Below are positions 1 through 10,418 of a DNA stretch of 62,000 nucleotides, one piece after another. The notes beneath the pieces were generated by a model. It had not been told where the DNA came from, ran no database searches, and saw nothing but the letters and a program-made list of their open reading frames with translations. Made by a program: the position numbers and the translations under genes. Numbering within the stretch: position 1 is the first letter of the stretch; each line of letters starts with the position of its first letter. This DNA comes from Acanthaster planci (lineage: Eukaryota), in assembly GCF_001949145.1 (NCBI RefSeq), contig NW_019091402.1:558001-620000 (forward strand). Direction: 5' to 3'.

Positions 1-585
1 TGACGAAAAATGCAAGATTAACCCCTGAGACGTGATTTTTTACAAAAATGACTAAATATGAAAGATTAACCCCTTGGAAGTGATTTTGGCCAAAAATTAC
101 AAAAAATGCAATACTAACCCCTTGGATGTGATTTTTGACAAAAATGACAAAAAATAAAGAATTAAACCCTTGGAAGAGATTTGGGCCAAAAATGACAAAA
201 AATGCAAGACTAACCCCTTGGAAGTGATAATGACAAAAGATGCAAGACTAACCCCTCGGAAGTGATTTGGGACAAGAATGACAAAAGATGCAAGATTAAC
301 CCCTTGGAGGTGATTTGGGACAAAAATGACAAAAGATGCAAGATTAACCCCTTGTAAGTGATTTTTGACAAAAAGGACAAAAAATGCAAGATTAACCCCT
401 TGGAAGTGATTTTTGACAAAAATGCAAGATTAACCCCTTGGAAGAGAATTTGGACAAAAATGAAAACAATACAAAATTAACCCCTTGGAAGTGATTTCGG
501 CCAAAAATGACACAAAATGCAAGATTAATCCCTTCGAAGTAATTTAGGCCAAAAATGTAATATTAACCCCTTGCAAGTGATTTTT
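1..585. repeat. Tandem satellite/minisatellite, ~51-bp unit (AAAATGCAAGATTAACCCCTTGGAAGTGATTTTTGACAAAAATGACAA), continues beyond window start
   Basis: The TAACCCC core recurs about every 51 bp (some units ~41 bp). ORF 210-419 is only a translation of this repeat. Confidence 0.95.
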
Positions 586-1551
586 GGTAAGACAAGCAAG
601 GTAAGGTAAGACAAACAAAATGCATTACCAATGTGTTCTTCGTTACATTACAAAAAGAAGCCTAATGGACCTGATTCAAAGTTCTTTCAGATAGAGATGG
701 ACACTGATGCTTCCGATCCCTATTGACTTGATCCATGAATTGATGAAGGGCCTACATGTAACTCCTCCCTCAGCGAGGCTTAAGATTTTAGTTTGGCAGT
801 ATTATACTTGTAAAGTGTCTGTACTTGAAGGTTGAAATAAAAGAATGAATAATGACAAATGTGTAATTAAGTTTTGGAAATTGCTAGGACGCAAATCTAC
901 ATGCAACTTCAATATTCATAGCCTAAGAGAAAAGAAACAAGGACCTGCATTTCGTGTCGTCTTCATTCACTCTCGTCATCAACAAAGCTTGGTCAGTATT
1001 TTTATGAGGAGAAGGTAAATTAATTATGGCACTGGTTTTCGATAGTTTCTTGTTTCAAAACTGCAAAATAGACTAAATTCTTTGGTTACACTCTCTGTAT
1101 TGTAATCGCATATATAGAACTAGACTACTTGTAATTGTCCCTTTTCATGTCACTAAATTGAAATTAAAAAAAAACACTCGGCATATTAATAATCATCAGC
1201 ATCAGGGCCAGATCACGGGAGGCATTGGGGGCACATGTCCCCTTTCTTCACCAAAAAGTAAACAAAACGAGAAGAAAAAGAGGGAGAAGGAAGAAACATG
1301 GAGAGACCCATCCCAATAAATGTGGCAAAGGTGTAAAAGACAACAGGTCGGCTTTCCATGCTTTTGGTTACCCAACCACCTTAATTTTGCGGCCACGGAC
1401 CCTAAAATTGTTAGTTCACGCACGCCCCCCCCCAATATCCTGGATCTAGCCCTGACCATGACAACTTTCTTAATAGTATAAATGCATCTTAAAGTGACAT
1501 TTTGGATGGCTTCTGATAATCTGATAATAGTTATTTCCAAAGTGATACAAG
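586..1551. repeat. Copy 1 of near-identical duplicated segment (copy 2 at 2417-3365)
   Basis: Almost base-for-base identical to 2417-3365 (offset ~1831), with scattered SNPs and small indels. Ends just before the single N at 1553. Confidence 0.95.
1203..1454. mobile_element. hAT-like MITE (CAGGG termini), copy 1
   Basis: Termini CAGGGCCAGATC ... GATCTAGCCCTG are imperfect inverted repeats with G/C-run subterminal tracts. No clear TSD. Confidence 0.6.
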
Positions 1552-1553
1552 CN

Positions 1554-2416
1554 GCAAGATTAACCCCTTAGAAGTGACTTTTGACAAAAATGCCAAAAAA
1601 TGAAAGATTAACCCCTTGGAAGTGATTTTTGACAAAAATGACAAAAAATAAAGAATTAACCCCTTGGAAGTGATTTTTTGACAAAAATGACAAAAACTGA
1701 AGAATTAAACCCTTGGGAATGATTTCGAACAAAAATGACAAAAATGCAAGATTAACCCCTTAGAAGTGATTTTTGACAAAAATGACAAAAATTCAAGATT
1801 AACCCCTTGGAAGTGATTTTTGACAAAAATGCAAGATTAACCCCTTGAAAGTGATTTGGGCCAAAAATGACAAAAAATGCAAGACTATCCCCTTGGATGT
1901 GATTTTTGACAAAAAATGCAAGATTAACCCCTTGGAAGTGACTTTGACAAAAATGACAAAAAATGCAAGACTAACCTCTTGAATGTTATTTTTGACAAAA
2001 ATGACAAAAAATGCAAGAGTAACCCCTTGGATGTGATTTTTGACAAAAATGACAAAAAAATGAAAAAATTAACCCTTGGAAATGATTTTCGACAAAAAAT
2101 GACAAAAAATTCAAGATTAACCCCTTGGAAGTGATTTGGGCCAAAACTGACAAAAAATGCAAGACTATCCCCTGGGATACGATTTTTGACAAAAATGACA
2201 ATTAATTCAAGATTAACCCCCTGGAAGTGCATCAGGCCAAAAATGACAAAAAATGCAAGATTAACCCCTTGGAAGAGAATTTGGACAAAAATAAAAACAA
2301 TGCAAAATTAACCCCTTGGAAGTGATTTCGGCCAAAAATGACACAAAATGCAAGATTAATCCCTTGGAAGTAATTTAGGCCAAAAATGCAATATTAACCC
2401 CTTGCAAGTGATTTTT
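1554..2416. repeat. Second block of the ~51-bp satellite
   Basis: Same unit as 1-585. Its last units match the last units of the first block. Confidence 0.95.
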
Positions 2417-3365
2417 GGTAAGACAAGCAAGGTAAGGTAAGACAGACAAAATGCATTACCAATGTGTTCTTCGTTACATTACAAAAAGAAGCCTAATGGA
2501 CCTGATACAAAGTTCTTTCAGATAGAGATGGACACTGATGCTTCCGATCCCTATTGACTTGATCCATGAATTGATGAAGGGCCTACATGTAACTCTTCCC
2601 TCAGCGAGGCTTAAGATTTTAGTTTGGCAGTATTTTACTTGTAAAGTGTCTGTACTTGAAGGTTGAAATAAAAGAATGAATAATGACAAATGTGTAATTA
2701 AGTTTTGGAAATTGCTAGGACGCAAATCTACATGCAACTTCAATATTCATGGCCTAAGAGAAAAGAAACAAGGACCTGCATTCGTGTCGTCTTCATTCAC
2801 TCTCGTCATCAACAAAGCTTTGTCAGTATTTTATGAGGGGAAGGTAAATTAATTATGGCACTGGTTTTCGATAGATTCTTGTTTCAAAACTTCAAAATAG
2901 ACTAAATTCTTAGGTTACACTCTCTGTATTGTAATCGCATATATAGAACTAGACTACTTGTAATTGTCCCTTTTCATGTCACTAAATTGAAATTAACAAA
3001 AAAAAACCACTCGGCATTTTAATAATCATCAGCATCAGGGCCAGATCCAGGGAGGCATTTCTTCACCAAAAAGTAAACCAAACGAGAAGAAAAAGACGGA
3101 GACAGAAGAAAAATGGAGAGACCCAGCCCCATAAATGTGGCAAAGGTGTAAAAGACAACAGGTCTGCTTTCCATGCTTTTGGTTACCCAACCACCTTAAT
3201 TTTGCGGCCACGGACCCTAAAATTGTTAGTTCACGCACGCCACCCCCCATATCCTGGATCTACCCCTGACCATGACAACTTTCTTCACAGTATAAATGCA
3301 TCTTAATGTGACATTTTGGATGGCTTCTGATAATCTGATAATAGTTATTTCCAAAGTGATACAAG
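2417..3365. repeat. Copy 2 of near-identical duplicated segment
   Basis: Matches 586-1551 up to GTGATACAAG (3365), then continues into unique sequence. Confidence 0.95.
3036..3268. mobile_element. hAT-like MITE, copy 2
   Basis: CAGGGCCAGATCCAGG vs reverse complement of the end, CAGGGGTAGATCCAGG (14/16). Confidence 0.65.
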
Positions 3366-3907
3366 TCCAAGGGTCATATCCATACACTACAGACTTGCAG
3401 AATGTAGGCTGAGTGCAGGAATTTTCGACCAAGAGGAGAATTCGAACATTTAATGTTCTATATCCTTCTTTCCAAACAGGTCAGTTTTTTACTCAATATT
3501 TCTGCTTCATAGCCATCAAATCCCTCCAAGAAAAAGTAATTTCACAAACTCTGTTCCACGAATAATAATACACTTCATTTTCATGAATTTATCAGAACTG
3601 AGAGACGGAGGCGCACACGATGAGACTGCTACCCAGGTTCAATATCCCTTAAAGTGTACATAGGTAACAGATGGGAACCATGCTGAAATGGCGCCCTCTG
3701 TTGATGATATTGCACCAATCAATCGGAAAATTACAAGCAGTCATTTTCAACTCGAAAATTCACCTCTTGGTGCGCAGTTTTAAAGGTGGAAACAAGGATT
3801 TATGAACTTTTCATCATGTTATAAAAAGTCGACAAAAACCAAAACTAGGTAATTCCCTTCGATGTGTCACGAACTGAAAGGAAGAAAAAGTGGTTGATCA
3901 TGGCCTA

Positions 3908-4160
3908 CAAGATTAACCCGCTGGAAGTGAATGTTGGCAAAAATAACGAAAAATACAAAATAAACCCTTTGGAAATGTTTAGGGCAAAAATGATTTAAAA
4001 TGCAAAATTGACCCGCTGGAAGTGAGTTTTTAGCAAAAATGATGAAAAATGCAATATGTACTCCTTGGAATCTTTTTTGGGTAAAGATAATGGAAAATGC
4101 AAGATTAACCCCTTGGGAGTCATTTTTCTCAAAATGATGAAAAATGCAAGAATGAAATTT
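3908..4160. repeat. Degenerate copies of the ~51-bp satellite
   Basis: CAAGATTAACCCGCTGGAAGTG and TGCAAGATTAACCCCTTGGGAGT units recur about every 50 bp. Confidence 0.85.
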
Positions 4161-5181
4161 GGGGTAGAATTATCAAAATGCAAAATAATGATTAGACGAG
4201 TCCAAAATTTGGTAAGGGGGTTAGAAACCTCAAAAAAGGTGAGTGGAATACAAACAGAAAAAGCTAGTTTTCATTTTCATAACTTCAAGCAACAACAATA
4301 TTTCCTATCTTTTTCTCCCAAAACTAATAGCATACTTTCTTAACATTTTGTGCAGATTTAGTTACCGAAGTGAACACGTCTCGCGCTCGAAGGGTGTAGA
4401 AAAGAGGCTTTAGCACGAGAACCAGCACGCCGTAACCAACATGTGCGCACACTCCATTCCGTTTGCATTACACTTTCTGGTTCAAAATGACATCACTGCT
4501 CGGTACTCTGTAGCCCAAGAAAACGTTTGAATTCGCTTTAAGGCAGCTTCCAAAAATGTTGCAACGATGGCTGAAGGGTCGCTACAACCGTCAGGTGAAA
4601 CAAAACTGAGGCAGACACGCATACGAGTTCTGTAGGGCAACCCGTCGGTGCCTGGTGGTAACAGGTTTCCTGTGAGGAAAAGACAGAGTTGAAGGGATTT
4701 TTTTTGGTCTTACTTCAAGACAACCCTGGGAATCTCGGGCCTCTTTACCGATTTATCATGTAGCAGACTAGGCTTAGCAAGGTCGCTTGAAATGGCTGGA
4801 AGCTATAGGCCCTAGTCATGCAAGAGCACCGCACCCATTCTTGTAATTATTTTCACTGAAATTATCCAGCAGACAATCGATGCTCATTCGTACCACAAGT
4901 TGTTTTTACGCCAAAGGCATCTCCAGAAATTCAGATTGAATGGGATGTTGCAGTAAGCGCTAATCATGCACATTACTTGCATTTCAAACAAACCGCAAAA
5001 TATGAGTTAGGCTTGATATATTGAAACGAAAATAGGGCTGTAATATGCATAGAAAAGGTACTACATTTGACCAAAGAGGAAACGAACGATGTGGTCTCTG
5101 CGTGGCTAACTATCACGTGTGATCAAAATGTGAAACTGAGGCCCAAGCCATAGAAAAGAATCATCCAGGGTTAGGCACTCA

Positions 5182-5580
5182 ATTTCATTTCATTTCATTG
5201 ATTATTTCTCAGGTACATGTGTCAAGACGGAGACAACAAGCATAAAACACGGACATAAGAAATTACAAAATACACGGTAAAAACTGGTAACACCCCTGAG
5301 GAATTGCCAAGAAGCGAACTTAATCACTATCGTGAGGCTCTCCTAAGATGCCATCAGAAAAAGAGAATAAATAGGCCTAACATATGGACATCAATGGGAA
5401 TAAACAGGTTATCATCTGCTTATAAAAATATCGGTAAAAATTACTAATACAGGTATAAATAATAAACTTATTCCTTAATTAGTAATAGGATACATGTACA
5501 CTGCACTAATTACTCAAAAATATACTGATTACAATAGAATTTTAAAAGTACTAAATACTTCCACGCATTAAATTCTCAAA
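5182..5580 (-). mobile_element. Possible 3' end of a CR1/L2-clade LINE
   Basis: (ATTTC)n tail at ~5183-5199 next to a 3'UTR-like tract. The minus strand near 5515-5570 reads ...VEVFSTFKILL*SVYF, weakly like an ORF2 C-terminus. Confidence 0.3.
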
Positions 5581-6365
5581 AGGACAAATTTGCTTTCTGA
5601 TCACATAACACTAAAGCTACAAAATTATACACTGTCAGTGTCTGACATCAATAACAATTGACTATTAACATCCTTTCCAGGTCGTTTGAGGGGATGCAGC
5701 GGGTGCTAGACGTCACAGAAAGCGCGCTCTAAACACACAGCTTATACGGGTGTGCTCGTCACTAGCTGATCTATGGAAGGTCGAATTGCTTCTGCTGCTA
5801 GCGCATGTGATTTTTCAAGTTGATGAACCATCTGATCCCCGAATTTGCGCTGTCTTTCCACGGTGTCCTTATTGTTGGCACTCCATGATGTGTTTCAAGT
5901 TCAAAGGTTGTCGTGATGTTGAGTATGGAAATATACTTATATACAAATACAAATATATATGCAAATATACAAATAAAGGTTCCATCTCCTGTCGTTTTTC
6001 CATTCGTAGGACTATAGCCTTGCCCAATTCTGCCTTGATTTGAAACACCAAACTGCATAATAGACAAGACTTCATTTGTATTGCTCGGGGTTTTTGGCAT
6101 ATCTCATTTTCATGGGAAGTTCAAATGCCCATGGTCACAGGAAAGTATGGTTTCGGCGTCCCATTTACTTGATCATTTTATTCTACATTTGTCATCCACA
6201 CTACGCAGAAGCGTAACGGCGGGTGGGGGATTTCAGGCACAGATCTGCGGGGTGTGTGGTATGTTTTTCTTTATGTTTTCGGTTTGGGTAGCAAAAATCC
6301 CAACCAATCATAAGCGAAAGGTCAGCATACATTAATCTATAATGCAAATTGAAAGTATACGAAAG

Positions 6366-6800
6366 ATGGCGAGCGTATCAAGTGTGTCGGCGTCCGTGAG
6401 TGCAGGCCAGTTGTCTGAGCAGTACTTGGACAGTTCTTTAGAATATGCTGCTGGAAAACATCACCTTGCTGACTTTAAACCCTGCAGTATTTTTACAGGC
6501 TATTGAAGCATCTGTGCGCAAGCCTGACGTTTTAGTCTCTACCCACGGGATATGGTATGAGCTCCATATTTCAAGCACTGCCATTTTGCTTTGACCATTC
6601 GGCCTTGATGACCTGCTACTTGCTAGTGTTACTCCAACGTCAGCACCATCTCCCACCAACAAGCATCGTAGTTGTCATCTCACCGCTTATTGAAAAACCA
6701 GATGGAACATTGCGCCAGCTTAGGAGTTGATGCCGTTCATTTCGGAGACTCATCTGCTTCAACCATGGAGGAATAAAACAACTCCATGCTTCAACTGTTT
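6366..6800 (+). pseudogene. Frameshifted RecQ-like SF2 helicase N-terminal fragment (probable helicase-encoding DNA transposon relic)
   Basis: Joining frames gives MASVSS...LEYAAGKHHLADFKP / LQAIEASVRKPDVLVS (6493-6540) / LPTGYGMSSIFQALPFCFDH (6539-6598) ... SIVVVISPLI (6662-6691) / KNQMEHCASLGVDAVHFG (6693 on). These correspond to RecQ motif 0, motif I (PTGxGKS, here K>M) and motif Ia (VISPLxxLMxDQ). Confidence 0.8.
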
Positions 6801-6876
6801 ACTCGAAATTTATGAATAATGCATACAAGAAAGCTTATGGATAATTCAACACAAAAACCTCAAAATCAAGTTGGAA

Positions 6877-6955
6877 AAGGCCTCGTGGCTGTGCCACTCG
6901 CCTGGTCTCCTATCCAGTCGCTGTGCAGTTGCACACCCACAGCCACGAAGGCCTT
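6877..6955. repeat. Short inverted repeat / hairpin
   Basis: AAGGCCTCGTGGCTGTG (6877-6893) pairs with CACAGCCACGAAGGCCTT (6938-6955), one bulge. Confidence 0.7.
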
Positions 6956-7215
6956 GACGAAAGGCTAAGGCGTACACGCACCTGCGGTGGAGTCCAATGT
7001 CTTGGGGGTGTAAGCGCGCCCTTGCGGCTCGTACATTAGCAGATATGGGCGGGTAATGCTTTATACCTGCAGCCAATCTCAAGCCAGACAAATGAATATG
7101 AACTCAAGGCAGGGTGTGTTGTACGGGAAAAGCTCCCTAGTGCCAAAGAATAGTCCAGAAAAGAAGCATACGATTTTACAAACTGAAGTCGTTCAAAAAC
7201 GTTTCAAAACTTAAA

Positions 7216-7344
7216 AGAAGACAAATGCTGAGATTTAGTATAGAATGATGCTGTCAGGATAAGGGTGGGTGTGTTTCTTTCGAACTTACACACCCAAAAC
7301 CGATTAATAACTTAGTCTGTACTTAATCTCAGCATTTGTCTTCT
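7216..7344. repeat. 129-bp foldback (MITE-like) element
   Basis: 29-bp arms 7216-7244 and 7316-7344 (27/29 complementary), plus inner stem TGGGTGTGT/ACACACCCA. Confidence 0.8.
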
Positions 7345-10231
7345 AAGACCACGGTAGAACTTGTAAATTCAATCCACCTCAGCGTTGACATTATTATTAG
7401 CGCTCCAGACGGTTTGTCATTCTCAAAACTTGTCTTTACTATACCGTAGTACTGTTGCTTTCAATTCCCTTAAACTTCATCCATGCATTCCTTGTAAAAC
7501 TTTCCAGTGGACTACATATCTGATTAAAAAAGACGACTCATTCGCTGACACTGAACTCAAAAAAGTTTTGAATTCAACTTTTTACCTGGAAGTCTTCTAT
7601 CCTGGTAAAAATATCTTTATGAAAACCAGACTTGATTTCACTTAGGCCTATAATTGCTGGACTATTGCGTACTGAGTTCATTTGAAAATTATTGAGCCTG
7701 ATGAACTTGAGTACAGTCTACAGGCTTATGCCTGGGGGAAATTTGTCACTACGACTAGAACAGGAATTACCGGACCCGTTGAAGTAAACCACGGATACCT
7801 GACTATGACAAACAGAAAATAATTTCGAAATTCAAAGAAAAAAAAACCGGCGCAGAGGCAACATGCAATTGGTTTAATCGTACTTAACACACCTCTGAAC
7901 AACCCTCGACAATCGAAAATGATTACAGATTTACTGCTGTTCGTATTGTCGATGCCGAGAACAGCGCACAAATTACAATTACCAGTTAAATATTACACAG
8001 AAGAGGAAATTCGTTAAACCTTCTGTGGACTGTTTTCGTTTAAATTAGCAGCAAAACCTGTCACAACCTCGATCTCCCATTGCGTACAATTAAGAGAGCT
8101 TACTGAGTAACTTGTAAAGTCCATAATTAAGAACTAGTTTATAACATCAATGATCGGGTACTCCCTGGTGTCCATTTTCGATCCCTTTAACCCAGGGGCG
8201 GAGTTAAGATCAAGGGAATGATACCAGCAACCTAAGTAGATGATTGGGTGTTAAATCATTCTGGCTGGCCGTCCTTTCCAAGCCTTCTATAACATCTTTC
8301 ACGGTTTAACCGTAAATTTATCACTCTGAGCGGGAATTGGATTCTGCAGATTCGTCTGTTTACAGAAGCAGACTTTTCTCCGTTAGTCTGTGCCTCTTTG
8401 ATTAAACTTTTTGCAGTGAAAGAGGCAAATCGATTTAGTTGAGACAAATCGTGTTAATGCCGCGCGGATCCGCGAGCTGACGGGTAGGGGGAAAGACCTG
8501 CAGAAGTGGGTTTTTTGCGGGGAAAGCCAGGAAAGATGAAAAAATCACAGTTTGAAGTTGCAGTTTGAAGTCCACCAATTTCACACAGTAACACTCCCAA
8601 CGCAGGACAATAATCTGCTATTATTTTGCTTTAAAACACTCTCTACCTCGCGAAAACAATCCCAACTTTCAGAAATCACAACTTTTCCTCGAGACAAATA
8701 TTGGTTCTGCAAAAATATTCAAGCTCCATACTTTCTCAGGACACCCTCACTCTTAGAAAACTTGGAGGATCGAATATTGTTAATGTAAAAGATGTTAAGC
8801 ACCCCGGCCCAACCAACTAAAAACAAACCAAAGCCTGACTGTGTGTATGTCCAATCAAGTATTTTTTAAACACACTCGTCAAATAAATGGCAATATTGTG
8901 TTCGTTTATGACTTACTTCACAATTATTATTTGTCAGACGAGATTTCGATTTGGCTTACTCCATAAAGCGAGACCAGTTCAAAACGAGGCCATTCGAGGA
9001 ATATTCCTCCGAATATTGAATAGGCTTTGATGCACTCTACATGTACTTTTACATGCTCTAACACTGCGTAAATATATTTCTCGCTAATCCCGTCCCGCAT
9101 TGCGTCCCTGATAGGGATAAAATGTCTTTGCATGAATAAAGCTAGCTTATTCATGAAGAGAAACATGTGTTGTTGCCAAAAGGGTATTAGAATGGATTAC
9201 CATTCTACCCGGAGTTCTAGTATCAGCCAAGTTATACACAGATCTGCTGAATTTTAATGAGGGATGAAACCAAATAGTACCCCTCTAATTGCATTCATGC
9301 AAAAATATGCAAGTATAATTATATGACGATCTTGTAATTGCTTCTATAATTATGGAAAAATACATTAATACTTAAACTGAGCTGTACCTGTACGTTAGAC
9401 AATCTTAAAGAAGGCAATATTTTCCATAAAACGTTGAAGACTTTACTTGTTTACTCTAATTCCTCACGTTTTAACAGGCGCCATGACACCTAAAATTTAC
9501 AACATGCTGCAAGGTGGGAAATAACCTGGTGACGACTGATCGCAGAATATCAGTCGACTGCAAACAAAGTATATTTTACAGTGTAATTATTTCCCAAGAT
9601 TGGTTATAATAATCATTAAATCACAGCTGGTCAGTGCCTGTTTTTTCAATTCAAAAGACCAAAAATATATGTCTGTGACTTACAATGCTGAGTAGTTTGA
9701 GCAAGAGCACAATTTCTCTCGGAAAATGACTTCTCAGAGGGAAAGCGCTCGGATTCAGAAACGGCTAAACGTTTGGATATTAAGCAAAGCATTCTTGTGC
9801 AAAAATATTAAAACGCAAGCCACATCTGACGAACAGAGTTCTTGCATTTTCAAAATGATGTCATGGATAGAAAGAACTATCCAACATGTACATTGCTTTG
9901 TCTGAGATGAATAACTTCGTAGCTGGGACTCATCATGTTAGTTTGTTTATTTCAAGTATATCTTTTTGCTATATTGAGATTACTGGCAACGGTTGCAAAT
10001 CAAAAGAATTACAAACGCTGAGGACCGATGCCATCTGAAACAAGTCGGCCTAGATAGTTTGTCGCCTCGTAACGTATAGGTCTTATGCGACTTTACCACT
10101 TAGCGAAGTGATTGGTCTCTCGTCAGCATGTCAACAGCTGCCGAATTTTCCCGCGCGTTCCACGAATACCGCGTTTCATGCCAGAGCTTTGATCGCTGTT
10201 GGTTTCCTGAATGCAGGCGACATTAGTTAAG

Positions 10232-10418
10232 TCAGTGGTTATCACTCAATGCGGCAGTCCGCAACTCGGCGAGTCAGACGGACGAGGGACACCGTAGCGC
10301 GAGGTCTCGACTCACTGAATGGTCTCGCGTTTCGACCGGAACCCCCGACTCGACACCATCTTTCTGAGAGCGCAAAGGCTGATACTGACAGAAGGGCATC
10401 GATATCGACTCCGAACAG
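10232..10418 (+). other. Candidate non-coding first exon (possibly distal 5'UTR exon of the orexin-type receptor)
   Basis: CpG-rich patch starting at an Inr-like TCAGT (10232) and ending at a perfect donor CAG|GTGAGT (GT at 10419). No long + strand ORF. Confidence 0.4.

Noticed and set aside
210..2232. Repetitive minus-strand ORFs (210-419, 1924-2232, 1986-2201)
   Set aside because: Translations of the 51-bp (3n) satellite; no gene signals.
1..2416. Satellite as a CRISPR array or telomeric repeat
   Set aside because: Units are contiguous with no unique spacers and no cas genes, in a eukaryotic context. TTAACCCC is not a (CCCTAA)n tract.
4567..4600. ATGGCTGAAGGG...CAG|GTGAAA as a short first coding exon (MAEGSLQPS)
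   Set aside because: Weak donor and no downstream partner exon identifiable.
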